Shown: positions 1-10,590, counted from the first letter of the stretch. The stretch is 64,000 nucleotides of DNA from Fimbriimonadales bacterium (GCA_051003155.1 JBPCLO010000053.1:26676-90675); one strand, 5' to 3'. Notes: generated from the sequence alone by a model not told the origin. Translations and numbers: made by a program.

Positions 1-113
1 AGGACCTCGTATCCGATCACGTCACGGCGAGCAACCTGTGTCGACGTTGGCTTCGAACATCCACTTGACAGGGCCGCGGCCAGTCCAAACACGTAAATAG
101 GTCGAATTCTCAT
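1..113 (-). CDS. Lipoprotein, N-terminal part only (possibly an efflux periplasmic adaptor); truncated by the window edge
   Basis: Manual translation MRIRPIYVFGLAAALSSGCSKPTSTQVARRDVIGYEV with lipobox-like LSSG-C; its ATG overlaps the stop of the upstream MFS gene (ATGA). Confidence 0.65.
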   Translation of the reverse strand, partial: MRIRPIYVFGLAAALSSGCSKPTSTQVARRDVIGYEV

Positions 114-2452
114 TGCCAATTTCTACGCCGCGAGGCATGATCTTGGTCCATCCTCATGGTAACTGCCAGCAAGTAGGCGTCCTTGGGGTGGTGGTCGGCA
201 AGGGTAACCAGTTGCTGGTCTTGAAAGTGCCCGTGGAGGTAGCGGATCGCTCCGGCTTCGTCGTCCTTGTGGTAAAGGGCGAGGGATCGGCGCAATTTTT
301 TGTCGTCTTTCGCCCAGTGGATTAAAGCTTGGTCTCGTCCGATCGAATCCAGCACGAGCAGCCGATAGAAGCTCTCCTCGACGCCATACAATCGCGCGAC
401 GCCAAGAAGGCACCGGCGTCTGGCCACCGAGGTTGTCGTCCGGTTCGCAGTGTTCAGAATCAGACCGACGTCGCCCGCGTCGCCAACCGTTGCCAAGGCG
501 TAAGCAATTTCCGCGGCTGTCTCGTCGGGGCCCTCTACCAACAATTGCCTCAAAATCGGGGCGCAAGCGGCAAGCTCCATGTCTGCGCATGCTTCGGCAG
601 CTGCCACGCGAACGGACGGGTAGGGATCGAGCAAAGCATTCGCGATAACGGGCTGGCACAACGGATCGCCGATAAGCCGCAAGGCTTGGATCGCCGCCCG
701 GCGAAGCTCCGCATCATCTTGGTTTGCCGCCGCTGTGATGAGCGCTTGTAGGGCATCCCGAGACCGGAGCTTACCCAGCGCCTTCGCACTGGCCCGTCGA
801 AGCGACGAAGATGGGTTTTCGAGGAGCGCGACCAACGGTGCGACCGCCTTTCGCTTGCCGATCGAAGCGAGCGCTTCCACCATCTCCTCTTCGACCATCA
901 GCGGGTGGTTTTCAATCAGGCTAACGAGCGCATCGACGGCTTCTTCTTGCCCCATTTGGCCCAATGCTTCCGCCGCCTCGCGCCGAATCCTCGGAGAAGG
1001 GTCGGTCAAGAGATGAGACACCTCGGTTTCGGCCATGACCATGCCGCTCTCTCCCAAGTCGCGGATTGCCTGCTCCTTCTGGCCCACGCTGCCGGCGCTG
1101 GCGAGCCTGCGCATCGCGAGGACCCCCTTTGGGCGCACCTTGACCACCTGTCGGAGGAATCCGCGTATGCTCGTTGGCGTGGCGTCATGAACAAAAAAGA
1201 GCATGCCAACGGCGCCGATTCTGAGCAGACCGTTAACTAGGAAAAGCAACTCGTACCGGCTTTCGTCGGGCATTGTGCCCATCGTTCGCTGCATGAATTC
1301 TCCGCCCGACATTTGGGCGAGAAAACTGATTCCGGCGATTACCGCTTGCGAAAGTCCGATGGCCTGGGCACGCAGTGCGGGAGGGGAATTGGCGAGGATG
1401 ATGTTGCCCTGTCCAACCGCGACTCCGGTCCAAGAAAATCCGGCGGCAATGTGGCCGACGGCGAGGATGAGCAGGTTCCAATTGCCAAGACCGGCGTCGC
1501 AGAGCGCCCAACTGAACGGGCCGATGCACAGCAGAGAACCTGCGATGAAAAGCACTGGCTTATTGCCGTACTTGTCGCTGAAATAACCCCACATTCCAGC
1601 AGATAGAAGCGTAGCCGCGGCATGAAATGCTCCATAGATTTGAAACTGGACGAAGTCGAGCTTCAGCACCTGCCGGCCGTAAGGAAAGAAAAATGGAGCA
1701 GCGAGGCTTTGAGCAAAGACGAAAAAGGCGAGGAAGGCCAAGAGCCAAACAAACCGCCGGTCGCGCAAGGGCTTACATAACGAACGCAGGCTTTCTCCCG
1801 CCGACAGCTTCGCTCCGTCGACCTTCTGAGTGTTTGGCATCCGCAAATAGAAGTAGTAGCTAACAACCGCAAATAGGATCGCGACGCCGAAGATCAGCGA
1901 CAGGCCGAGCGTGAAATCGTCGTTCCGATCCATCCAGTCCAACGCGAGACTCGCGGGAAAACCGATTATCGCGCTCACGACAGTCGCGATTGCGATACGG
2001 CGGGAGAAATACCATCCGCGGTGCGACTCGGGGACCAGGAAGCTGAGCCACGCGTTATAAGTGGCTTGCACCAAAAACAAGGCTGCTGCGGAGAAGACGG
2101 CTGCTGTGATCAGAATCGCGAGGCGCGGGAAGTACACAGGGGCCAAAGGAAGGAAAACGATGGGTACCCAAGCGAACCGGTAGAAAAACCCACCGACGGC
2201 GCCGAATTTCTTATATCCGCGAAAATACTCGCCGATCGCGCTGCCGGGAATCTGAAGAATGCCAATGATCGCCGGGAGGGCGGCGAGAAGAGCCAGAATT
2301 CGTGGCGTCGCGCCCAGTTCGAGCGCAAAGGCCTGCTGGAAGTTGCCACCCACCAAGGCTGCAAATGCGGTCGCGAACGCCAAATCCAAGTTGGCGGTTC
2401 GCAGCGCGCGGAGATTGGCTAGGCGGTCGGATTGGGGCACTCGTGGGTTCAC
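110..2452 (-). CDS. MFS transporter fused to C-terminal HEAT repeats
   Basis: About 420 aa of hydrophobic helices with MFS motif (WGYFSDKYGNK), then HEAT repeats (IRREAAEALG, LRRASAKALG, VRVAAAEA). Confidence 0.85.
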   Translation of the reverse strand: MNPRVPQSDRLANLRALRTANLDLAFATAFAALVGGNFQQAFALELGATPRILALLAALPAIIGILQIPGSAIGEYFRGYKKFGAVGGFFYRFAWVPIVFLPLAPVYFPRLAILITAAVFSAAALFLVQATYNAWLSFLVPESHRGWYFSRRIAIATVVSAIIGFPASLALDWMDRNDDFTLGLSLIFGVAILFAVVSYYFYLRMPNTQKVDGAKLSAGESLRSLCKPLRDRRFVWLLAFLAFFVFAQSLAAPFFFPYGRQVLKLDFVQFQIYGAFHAAATLLSAGMWGYFSDKYGNKPVLFIAGSLLCIGPFSWALCDAGLGNWNLLILAVGHIAAGFSWTGVAVGQGNIILANSPPALRAQAIGLSQAVIAGISFLAQMSGGEFMQRTMGTMPDESRYELLFLVNGLLRIGAVGMLFFVHDATPTSIRGFLRQVVKVRPKGVLAMRRLASAGSVGQKEQAIRDLGESGMVMAETEVSHLLTDPSPRIRREAAEALGQMGQEEAVDALVSLIENHPLMVEEEMVEALASIGKRKAVAPLVALLENPSSSLRRASAKALGKLRSRDALQALITAAANQDDAELRRAAIQALRLIGDPLCQPVIANALLDPYPSVRVAAAEACADMELAACAPILRQLLVEGPDETAAEIAYALATVGDAGDVGLILNTANRTTTSVARRRCLLGVARLYGVEESFYRLLVLDSIGRDQALIHWAKDDKKLRRSLALYHKDDEAGAIRYLHGHFQDQQLVTLADHHPKDAYLLAVTMRMDQDHASRRRNWQ

Positions 2453-2468
2453 GAATGTTACCAGCCAA

Positions 2469-3236
2469 CTAGAACTGGTCCGTCAAGAACATATGGGGTG
2501 TGCGATCGAAGCCGCGGCCCATCAAGTTCATTTCCTTGCGCGGATCCGTGAGCTCGATACCGAGGTCTTCCGCAAGGCTTCGTTGGCCGTACCATTCCGC
2601 CCGCTCAACAGAGGGGAGCCCTTCGTACGCCGGCAGGACTTCCCTAACGCGGCCAAGCTCGTGGCAGACATAACCGCTCATTTGACCGTAAACGGTTTTC
2701 AAATTCCACCTCCAGTGGTCCCAGCGGCGATCGTCGCGCCGGAGACGATATGGCTTCTCCTCGGACCAAGCATCGAATATCGACCGAACTTGCTCCCGGC
2801 TGATTAAATCCGGATCCGACCCGGACTTCGCCTTTGGGAGCGGCTGCGTGACAATGGCGTCCAAGACTCGAAAACCGCAACGAACGTACAGGTTTTCGTT
2901 AGCGGCGAACAATAATGCGCGCGGTTCGCCCCTCGATTCGCTCTGGCGCAGAACCTCCTGCAAGAGCATTGTCGCAAGACTCATTCCCTGCTTTTCGGGT
3001 TCGGTCGCAACACCCGCGATTCCGATCCCGCGCCCATCTCCGAACAGCGCCGACACCGTTGTGAGTGTGCTCACGATGACTCCGTCTTCGAATACTGCCC
3101 ACTTGCGGTTCAGGTCGAACATAGGCTCCTTGAAGAAGACATCGTAGGCTCGCCGAAAGTCGAGCGAGAACACCTTGCACAGCAGTCGCAGGAACTCCTC
3201 GCATTCCCCCATCTGGATTGTGCGAATCTCGATCAT
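2469..3236 (-). CDS. GNAT family N-acetyltransferase (Eis-like N-terminus)
   Basis: IAGVATEPEKQGMSLA acetyl-CoA motif A; NLYVRCGF. Confidence 0.8.
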   Translation of the reverse strand: MIEIRTIQMGECEEFLRLLCKVFSLDFRRAYDVFFKEPMFDLNRKWAVFEDGVIVSTLTTVSALFGDGRGIGIAGVATEPEKQGMSLATMLLQEVLRQSESRGEPRALLFAANENLYVRCGFRVLDAIVTQPLPKAKSGSDPDLISREQVRSIFDAWSEEKPYRLRRDDRRWDHWRWNLKTVYGQMSGYVCHELGRVREVLPAYEGLPSVERAEWYGQRSLAEDLGIELTDPRKEMNLMGRGFDRTPHMFLTDQF

Positions 3237-4180
3237 GGATAGGAAGGCCGTTCTGGTGGGGTCCTAGCTACCGTAATTCGCACATCGACCTCGCTCACAG
3301 AAGATGTAACGCCAGGCGCCAGGCGCAGCTTCGATAGGATCGACCTGTTGGCGCTGATTCCGGTTATATCGATGCTCGTGGTCTCGACCGACAAGAGGTT
3401 CGCAAGAGCGTCGGCGGGCCCTTCGACTCGGATTTGGTTCGGCGTGATTTCGTAGTCCACGATTGTGTAGCCGAAGGCCGGGTTGCCGATCCAGCTGGGC
3501 TGCACGAGCACATTCTTTGATGGCGGCAACGAAACAGGCTTGACGCGAACGGTCACAGACACGGGATCTACAGTTAGCTCCAGTGGCTTGCCGCTTTCGG
3601 TAAGAATCTGCACAGGCGCCTCAGTCGAAGAGCCCGGCTCGATGTCGTTGAGATTCACTTCGACACGCGCCGAGGCCGCCAGTGCTAGGCGGCTCTCGGG
3701 CCCGGAGATCTTGACGTCCGTGGGAGTGACAGTGATCGGACCCGGGCGGTACAAGTCCCACGCGCCGGTTGCGTTGGGGACCACCTCCAGCTCCCGCTGC
3801 TGCCATTCTTCGATGAGCACTTCTACTTGGCGCGGCCTTGCGGTCAGTTCTACACGCGTCTCGGCCGGACCCGTGTAGAGGGTTCTTACGGGGAAGGTCC
3901 AACGACCCGGCTTAGCGTTCGTCAAATCCACCACAACCGATATGTCGCTCTTGTCTACGCGGCCCATGCTGGGCATGAGAACCCTTGCGTCGACATGCAC
4001 GCGGCTGATTCTCTCCGTCGCCACCAAAGTTCCTTTGGGTTCGCGATACGTGACCTGGACGTTTTCAAACGCGATGGAACTAGTTGGCTGCTCGATCCTG
4101 AGCACAACCTGCCATAGCAGTGCCGCAATCGCGACAGCGGCGATCTTTTCAGGCAGGTTAGCCGACAGAAGCCCTTTCAT
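3233..4180 (-). CDS. cdaR: CdaR/YbbR-like diadenylate cyclase regulator
   Basis: N-terminal TM (KIAAVAIAALLW) followed by YbbR-like repeats (VTPTDVKISGP, ITPNQIRVEGP); directly downstream of cdaA. Confidence 0.85.
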   Translation of the reverse strand: MKGLLSANLPEKIAAVAIAALLWQVVLRIEQPTSSIAFENVQVTYREPKGTLVATERISRVHVDARVLMPSMGRVDKSDISVVVDLTNAKPGRWTFPVRTLYTGPAETRVELTARPRQVEVLIEEWQQRELEVVPNATGAWDLYRPGPITVTPTDVKISGPESRLALAASARVEVNLNDIEPGSSTEAPVQILTESGKPLELTVDPVSVTVRVKPVSLPPSKNVLVQPSWIGNPAFGYTIVDYEITPNQIRVEGPADALANLLSVETTSIDITGISANRSILSKLRLAPGVTSSVSEVDVRITVARTPPERPSYP

Positions 4181-5009
4181 CTTCTTGAACCTTCTTCTTG
4201 TTCATGCGTGAGAGTGGTGACGGCTTGATTTCCGCTCGGAGCAATGAGTTGAGCAAATCGCGTAGCTTGGCTGGCGAAAGGTCCTCACGTATCCTTCCGT
4301 CTAGAGCCACCGAAATGATGCCCCTTTCTTCAGACACGACGATCGATACCGCATCGGTTCCGTCGGTGGCACCGACGGCCGCGCGGTGGCGCATATGCAT
4401 GTGCGGCTTGAGCGGGCCGTCGGTGAGAGGCAGCTGGCAAGCCGCCGCTACGACCGAGTTTCCGCGAACCATCACGGCGCCATCGTGCAAGGGGCCGGCG
4501 CCGTAGAAGATCGAGCCTAACAAAGCCGCGGTCACCTCGGCGTTGAGCTGCACGCCATTGCTTTCGACCTCGGGCATCTTCCTGCTACGTTCTACCACGA
4601 TAAGCGCGCCTGTCGCGGATGCGCTTAACTCGGCGACAGCCTCGACGATCTCTTCGACCGTTTTGGCGCCCACGTGTTCCTCGCCGCCACCCAGCCGCTC
4701 CGGCCAGAAGCCAAGCTTGCCGAATCCCTCGAGGGCGCTCCTAAGCTCTGGAAGCAAGAGGATGACAAGCGCGACTGGGCCGAGAATAAGAGCCCTGTCC
4801 AAAATAAAATGAATAGTGCGAAGCCCCAATAGGTCGCTGGCAAACCAAAGGACGAGATAGATGACGATCCCTCCGATGATCCTCCATGCCCGCGAGCCGC
4901 GAACCATTAGGAGAAGCCGATAGACGAGGTACGCCACGACCGTGAGATCGATGATCTGCAGCGCAGTGGGCTTGCCTAAATGACTAATTTGGTACCAGAA
5001 ATCTTCCAC
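4158..5009 (-). CDS. cdaA: Diadenylate cyclase CdaA
   Basis: Three TM helices plus DAC motifs GALIV, PLHDGA and MRHRAA. Confidence 0.95.
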   Translation of the reverse strand: MEDFWYQISHLGKPTALQIIDLTVVAYLVYRLLLMVRGSRAWRIIGGIVIYLVLWFASDLLGLRTIHFILDRALILGPVALVILLLPELRSALEGFGKLGFWPERLGGGEEHVGAKTVEEIVEAVAELSASATGALIVVERSRKMPEVESNGVQLNAEVTAALLGSIFYGAGPLHDGAVMVRGNSVVAAACQLPLTDGPLKPHMHMRHRAAVGATDGTDAVSIVVSEERGIISVALDGRIREDLSPAKLRDLLNSLLRAEIKPSPLSRMNKKKVQEDERASVG

Positions 5010-5105
5010 AACTCGACGCGTCTTTTCCTACGGAATTAGTCTATCAGTTCCGAAGGCGTCTGTGCGAGCCATAATGAGGGGTTAGTATGCGGCCAGGGAA
5101 TAATT

Positions 5106-6512
5106 ATGTCGAAGAGAAGCGAAAACAACGTCCCGACCGCGCCCGCCGCGCCGATTCGCTCCAAGAACCTTCCTAAGATTGTCATTGTCGGCCGGCCAAA
5201 TGTCGGCAAATCGACTCTTTTCAATCGCTTAATCGGGCGGCGAGTGGCCGTTGTCCAGCATAAGCCTGGAATCACCCGTGATCGTTTGTACCATGAGTGT
5301 GAGTGGCAGGGCGTCAAATTCGAACTGATCGACACGGGAGGCATCTTGTTCTTCGACGAAGATCCCTTGATCGAACAAATCCGCCTCCAGGCGAACGTCG
5401 CCGTTGAAGAGGCCGATGTGGTGGTCTTTATGGCCGACGCAGTAGACGGAGTGACGCCGGCCGACCAGGAGCTAGCGGACGAGCTGCGCGGCGCAGGAAA
5501 GCCGATCATCGTTGCAGTGAACAAGGCCGACAATGCGACTCGCGACACTTGGGCGACCGACTTTTACGCACTCGGCATTGGCGATGTATTTCCGGTTAGC
5601 GCGCTCCACGGGCGTGGCGTGGCCGATGTTTTGGATAAAGCCGTGGAGGCATTCCCGGAATCCGCGCCTGCCGAAGAAGTGGAAGATCACCGCGTACGAA
5701 TCGCCATCATCGGCCGCCCCAACGTCGGTAAATCATCACTTCTCAATGCGTTTACCGGTGAAAAGCGGGCAATCGTGAGCGATATCCCCGGCACGACGCG
5801 CGATGCGGTGGATACGGAAATCACCTACAAAGGGGACAAAATAATTCTGGTGGACACCGCCGGTTTACGCCGTCGCGGTAAGGTACAAGGGACCGTGGAA
5901 TACTACATGGCTCTGCGTGCGACAAGAGCCATGGAGAGAGCGCAGCTCGCGCTTGTGGTGGTGGACGGATACGAAGGCCTAACTGACGGCGACAAGCGAA
6001 TCGCAAAATCGGCTCATCTAGCTCATAAGGCTTGCGTCTTTGGGGTCAACAAGTGGGACATGGTCGAGCCGCCGGATGGAAGGCCTCGCCAGCGCTCGCT
6101 GCCCAAGAAAGAGTTTGCCCAAATATTGAGGGACGAGTTTCCCGAGTTATCCTACGCACCGATCGCTTATACGAGCGCAACCCATTCCACTGGCCTCGAA
6201 GCCGCGCTCGAAACTTGCAACGAGGCCCTCGAGAGCTACAACTTTAGAATTTCGACCGCATCATTGAATACTATTTTGCGCGACGCGGTGTACGAGCGGC
6301 CGTACTCCTCAAAGGGCAAACCGTTTCGCGTTTATTACGCCACACAAACATCGACGGCGCCCCCATGCTTCCTAATTTTTTGCAACGATCCGAAGCGAGT
6401 GCACTTCAGCTATGCCAGGTATCTCGAAAATTCGATCCGTAAAGCCTATCCGATGGAGGGTACGCCGATTTTTTTGAAATTTAAGTCCAGTCATGAGCGC
6501 GATCAGCACTAG
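5106..6512 (+). CDS. der: Ribosome biogenesis GTPase Der/EngA
   Basis: Two GTPase domains (GRPNVGKS twice, DTGG/DTAG, NKAD/NKWD) and a KH-like C-terminus. Confidence 0.97.
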   Translation: MSKRSENNVPTAPAAPIRSKNLPKIVIVGRPNVGKSTLFNRLIGRRVAVVQHKPGITRDRLYHECEWQGVKFELIDTGGILFFDEDPLIEQIRLQANVAVEEADVVVFMADAVDGVTPADQELADELRGAGKPIIVAVNKADNATRDTWATDFYALGIGDVFPVSALHGRGVADVLDKAVEAFPESAPAEEVEDHRVRIAIIGRPNVGKSSLLNAFTGEKRAIVSDIPGTTRDAVDTEITYKGDKIILVDTAGLRRRGKVQGTVEYYMALRATRAMERAQLALVVVDGYEGLTDGDKRIAKSAHLAHKACVFGVNKWDMVEPPDGRPRQRSLPKKEFAQILRDEFPELSYAPIAYTSATHSTGLEAALETCNEALESYNFRISTASLNTILRDAVYERPYSSKGKPFRVYYATQTSTAPPCFLIFCNDPKRVHFSYARYLENSIRKAYPMEGTPIFLKFKSSHERDQH

Positions 6513-9232
6513 CCGAGAAGGCTCTTCAAGTCATTCTTGGCTTTGAGTATCTCGGCCCAAGGATCGCCATGTTTTTCCAGCCTGACCGGAACCGTGGCCA
6601 CGGTGAAATCTGCAGGGTCCGTCTTCGGCAGTTCTTCCCAGCTAATGGGTGTCGAAACCGTGGCGTTAGGAAGCGCCCGCGGCGAGTAAATCGCCGAGAG
6701 GGTCTTTCCGCGAGAATTTTGGTTGTAGTCCATAAAGATCTTTCCAGTTCGTTTGGTGACTGCCCATTGCGTCGTGATATCCTCTGGATGCGCACGAAGA
6801 ACGAAATTGCAAACGGTTGCCGCGGCGGAACGAACCTCGTCGTATGTGAAATGCCTGAGGATCGGCACATAAATATGCAAGCCGGTTTTGCCCGACGTCT
6901 TAATGAAGGACTGTAGACTAAGCGAATCGAGGAGTTCCTTCACCCAAAAAGCCGCCTCCCGGCCCTTGTCGAATGCCCGCTTGTTATATTCCGGCTCAGC
7001 ACCCTTTGCTTCCTTCCCGGAATAAATATATGGATCGATGTCAAATAAAAGGAAATCCGGATAGTTCAATACGGACTCGTCGATGGCTTCCTCCGAACCC
7101 GTGAATTCGATCGACAGCTCGTGGGCATCCGGCTCGGGGTTGGTGCGCGACGTCCATGGATGAAGCTCGATATCCGCAAGCTGGGCCAGCCATAGGAGCG
7201 TCGGCAGATTATTACATGCCAGGTACTCCTGGTCATCCTTGTTATGTTCCGAATAGAGTCGAACGATCTCGACGAAGGGAGGGAGCTTATGTTCCCAGTG
7301 TTTTTGGTAAAACATACCACCGTCGATTCCGTTCGGATATCTCGACAGCGTCAGCGGGCGATCGAGCAGGTGCGGAAGGAGGTATCGCGAAACCTTGGCA
7401 TAGTAAATCAATAGATCGCGCTTCGAGAAACCCCTGTGGCCGTCCGCAGCCGGCCACAGCAGCTTGTCGGAATTCGTTATCGGTATCTCGTTGCCGCCAC
7501 AAAACATTGAAAAGTCCTTCTTGCCATTCTTGATTTGTTCGACAACATTTTCAATATCCTCCTGATTGACGCCGGCCGTGGCGCGCGTGGGCGAAAAAGC
7601 ATCTGAGATTTGCACAACTTCAGTCTTGTGGACGTCTTCCGGCGAGAGGTCTTCTCGCATGCGTAAAAATACTGGAGCCCTGAGGTGTCCATCCGGGGTC
7701 CATTGATTAAACTTCACCTCCGCGATCAGCTTGGGTTCCATCCACGTCGCCGGTGTTTTAAGGGGAGGCTTTGATGTAAACGGGTTGTTGTCGGTCTTCA
7801 TTTCTTCGAAAATGGTCTTGTAGGCGGACAAGGATTTGTCATTGAATCCCGAGCCGACATGGCCAACGTAAATCAGCTTGCCGTCCTCGTCGCGCGTACC
7901 CAGGAGCAGCGCGCCGAATGTTCCCGAGCGACTGCCGAGCCCCTTGCTATAGCCGCCGATTAGGAACTCGTCGCTCATTGTCGACTTTATTTTCAGCCAG
8001 TTCGCGCTGCGTTTCCCCGCCTCGTATCGGCTACTTCTCCTTTTAGCCACGACCCCTTCCAGGCCGTTGTCGACGATAGCCTTGTAAGCTATTTCACCGT
8101 GCTCTTCAAAGCCGTCCAGAACGCTAACCGCTTCTGTCGGGAGCAGCACCTTCTTCAAGAGCGTTTTTCTATCCACTAATGGGCAACCGGTAACGTCGTA
8201 GCCGTCCAAATACAGAATGTCGAAAACATTGTAGAAAACGGGCACCTTAATTTCTGCGGCGAGAATATCCGCCCCGCCGTTGAGATTCATTCGCTGTTGC
8301 AGCCGGTGGAACGACGGGACGCCTTTATCGTCGAGCGCGACGATCTCGCCGTCGATAACCAACTGCTCGGCCAATTGTTTCGCGATCTGTTCCATGAGGT
8401 TCGGATAGCGCTTTGAAATGTCGTTGCCTTTTCTCGTTTCAAGCCGAATTTGATCTCCGTTCTTAAACGCTATTGCGCGAATTCCATCCATTTTCGGCTC
8501 GAAAATCCAATCGGGATGGCTGAAGGGGGCATCGGCGAGCGACGCGGTCATCGGCTCCAAGGACTTCGGAAACGCTGCCTTTCGCGAACCCACGAGGTCT
8601 TCCGGCTTGACACCGGAAGAAACGTGAGGCACGGCGTCGGGTCTTACGCCTTTCTTAAGGTCGCCCAGTGTGAGCCCGGAAATTACCGAAGCCTCTTCGA
8701 GGAGAATATCCCTCTCCGGATTTGCGAATTCGTCGTTGTGCTTGAAGAAAAGCCACTCACTCGCTTTTTTCATCCGAACGAGTGCGAACGATCCTTTGAG
8801 CTTCGAACCTTGAAGAAACACCGAGAGCTTGCCCTTTTCGAGCCCCTTCCGCATTTCCCTCTCAGCCTCGTCTCGGTCGTACAGCAGGATTCTGCCGTCC
8901 TCGTCAGGAGAGTAGGTCCCATTGTCCCACACGATCACCTCTCCGGCGCCGTAATTGCCCTTCGGAATAACGCCTTCGAACGATGCGTAGGCGAGCGGAT
9001 GGTCCTCCACCAACATGGCGAGGCGCTTATCCTTAGGGTTGTAAGAAGGGCCTTTGGGCACCGCCCAGGACTTGAGAACGCCGTCTAATTCGAGCCGCAA
9101 ATCATAATGCAAAGCTGTGGCGTCGTGCTTTTGAATGACAAACGTTAGAGGGCCGGAGCCGTCCGCCTTCCGAACCATCTTGGGTTCAGGAGTTTTTGCG
9201 AACTGCCGTTTCTCGTCATATTTCTTCGGCAT
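6509..9232 (-). CDS. ligD: NHEJ DNA ligase D (phosphoesterase-ligase-polymerase)
   Basis: PE motifs QKHDATALHYDLRLE and SWAVPKGP; ligase EPKMDG, EGVVAK, WLKIK; polymerase RYPNGI, KTSGKTGLH, DYNQN. Confidence 0.97.
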   Translation of the reverse strand: MPKKYDEKRQFAKTPEPKMVRKADGSGPLTFVIQKHDATALHYDLRLELDGVLKSWAVPKGPSYNPKDKRLAMLVEDHPLAYASFEGVIPKGNYGAGEVIVWDNGTYSPDEDGRILLYDRDEAEREMRKGLEKGKLSVFLQGSKLKGSFALVRMKKASEWLFFKHNDEFANPERDILLEEASVISGLTLGDLKKGVRPDAVPHVSSGVKPEDLVGSRKAAFPKSLEPMTASLADAPFSHPDWIFEPKMDGIRAIAFKNGDQIRLETRKGNDISKRYPNLMEQIAKQLAEQLVIDGEIVALDDKGVPSFHRLQQRMNLNGGADILAAEIKVPVFYNVFDILYLDGYDVTGCPLVDRKTLLKKVLLPTEAVSVLDGFEEHGEIAYKAIVDNGLEGVVAKRRSSRYEAGKRSANWLKIKSTMSDEFLIGGYSKGLGSRSGTFGALLLGTRDEDGKLIYVGHVGSGFNDKSLSAYKTIFEEMKTDNNPFTSKPPLKTPATWMEPKLIAEVKFNQWTPDGHLRAPVFLRMREDLSPEDVHKTEVVQISDAFSPTRATAGVNQEDIENVVEQIKNGKKDFSMFCGGNEIPITNSDKLLWPAADGHRGFSKRDLLIYYAKVSRYLLPHLLDRPLTLSRYPNGIDGGMFYQKHWEHKLPPFVEIVRLYSEHNKDDQEYLACNNLPTLLWLAQLADIELHPWTSRTNPEPDAHELSIEFTGSEEAIDESVLNYPDFLLFDIDPYIYSGKEAKGAEPEYNKRAFDKGREAAFWVKELLDSLSLQSFIKTSGKTGLHIYVPILRHFTYDEVRSAAATVCNFVLRAHPEDITTQWAVTKRTGKIFMDYNQNSRGKTLSAIYSPRALPNATVSTPISWEELPKTDPADFTVATVPVRLEKHGDPWAEILKAKNDLKSLLG

Positions 9233-9238
9233 GCATTA

Positions 9239-10039
9239 TCAGCTCGCGGCTTTCTTGCTTTCCTTTGCGGGCTGTTTGGCGGCCTCCACGCTTCTCTTCA
9301 GCGCCTCCATCAGGTCGGTAATCTGAGCTTCCTTGGGAAGCGGCGCTTCCACAAGCTCCTGCCCTTTGGCCTTCGCCTCGATGCGCTCCATTAACGTGCT
9401 GCGATATTCATCCTGAAATTCTTTCGCGTCGAAATCACCTTTCAATAAGTCGATGAGCGTGTTAGCCATTTGCATTTCCTGATCGCTAACCTGGACCTTT
9501 GGTAGCGCCTTGTCGAGGTCGACGCGGACCTCGTCCGCATAATACAGAGTCTCCAGCACCAACGTTCCCTTCACGGGGCGCAGCATGCATATGTGCTCCT
9601 TTTGCCGAATCGAGAATTTGCCAATTCCGACCATTCCCTTTTCCTCCAGCGCCTTAATAAAGAGCGCGTATGGCTTGACCCCCTTTTCGTCGGGGTCGAT
9701 CGTGTAGGTTCGGTCGAAATAAACCGGGTCGACGCTGCCGGCGGGGACGAAGCGGGTCACCTCTATTGTGTGTTTGGAAGGCACCGGGAGGTCCTCGAGG
9801 TCCTTTTCCTCCAAGACGACGTATTGGCCTTTCGAATATTCGTAGCCCTTCACGATCTCATCCTGCTCCACCGCGCGCTCATGCACCGGACACCACTTCA
9901 CGTACTTGATGCGGCTCTTGCATTCATCGTGAAGCTGGTTAAACGAAATGTCGTTCTCCACCACGCCGGTAAACAGCTCGACCGGAATGCTCACCATTCC
10001 GAAGCTAACTACCCCTTTCCAAATCGGTCTTGCGGCCAT
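9239..10039 (-). CDS. ku: NHEJ protein Ku
   Basis: RPIWKGVVSFGMVSIPV, IVKGYEY and DLMEALKRS motifs; adjacent to ligD. Confidence 0.97.
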   Translation of the reverse strand: MAARPIWKGVVSFGMVSIPVELFTGVVENDISFNQLHDECKSRIKYVKWCPVHERAVEQDEIVKGYEYSKGQYVVLEEKDLEDLPVPSKHTIEVTRFVPAGSVDPVYFDRTYTIDPDEKGVKPYALFIKALEEKGMVGIGKFSIRQKEHICMLRPVKGTLVLETLYYADEVRVDLDKALPKVQVSDQEMQMANTLIDLLKGDFDAKEFQDEYRSTLMERIEAKAKGQELVEAPLPKEAQITDLMEALKRSVEAAKQPAKESKKAAS

Positions 10040-10096
10040 ATCAACGGTTTCCTCTTGTACCGATAGTGTACGCCAGGGCGCAACGATTATGCGCCC

Positions 10097-10575
10097 TCAT
10101 CGGGCCAGCAGCCGCAGCACTCCGTTCTCTCCCTTTGCCGTCGAGCCGGAGAGATAGGCGTACAGTACATTGAGATGGATGTAGCACTTTCGGTAAACCG
10201 CCATCGTGTTGCCGAGCCGCTCAGCAACGATTTCGATGGCCCTAACGACGTTCGATTTAGCTTCCCGATCCAACTCGCCGGGGCCGATTTCGCCCACGGC
10301 CTCCGCACCTGCCCAGGTTCGAAACGTCCTTCGCGGTGACATCTTCACCTGAAATTTAGCGCAGGTGTTCGGTGACTGTCGATCCAAGCAGGAGGTACTG
10401 CGAACGCCTTGATTCGGGCCCGATCGTCATGATCCGAAACGCGTTTGCCGTCCAGGTCGACGTAACGGAACTTGCCGGGCGATCCTTGGCGGCGGATGTA
10501 CGGTTTGATGTCCGCGAAGTACAGCAGTCCGTGCGCTTTGGCAGACTCGGCCGGATCGGTGGCGATGGCCATCAA
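10097..10575 (-). pseudogene. DNA topoisomerase IB pseudogene (internal deletion and frameshifts)
   Basis: N-terminus (GLLYFAD...FRYVD...RIKAFAVPPAW) joins almost directly to ISGEDVTAKD/FRTWAG (1-nt frameshift) and LGNTMAVYRKCYIH; the central region is missing. Confidence 0.85.
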
Positions 10576-10590
10576 TATTCACTGCGCCAC

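Noticed and set aside
5010..5105. c-di-AMP or other riboswitch upstream of cdaA/der
   Set aside because: The region is too short and shows no recognisable consensus.
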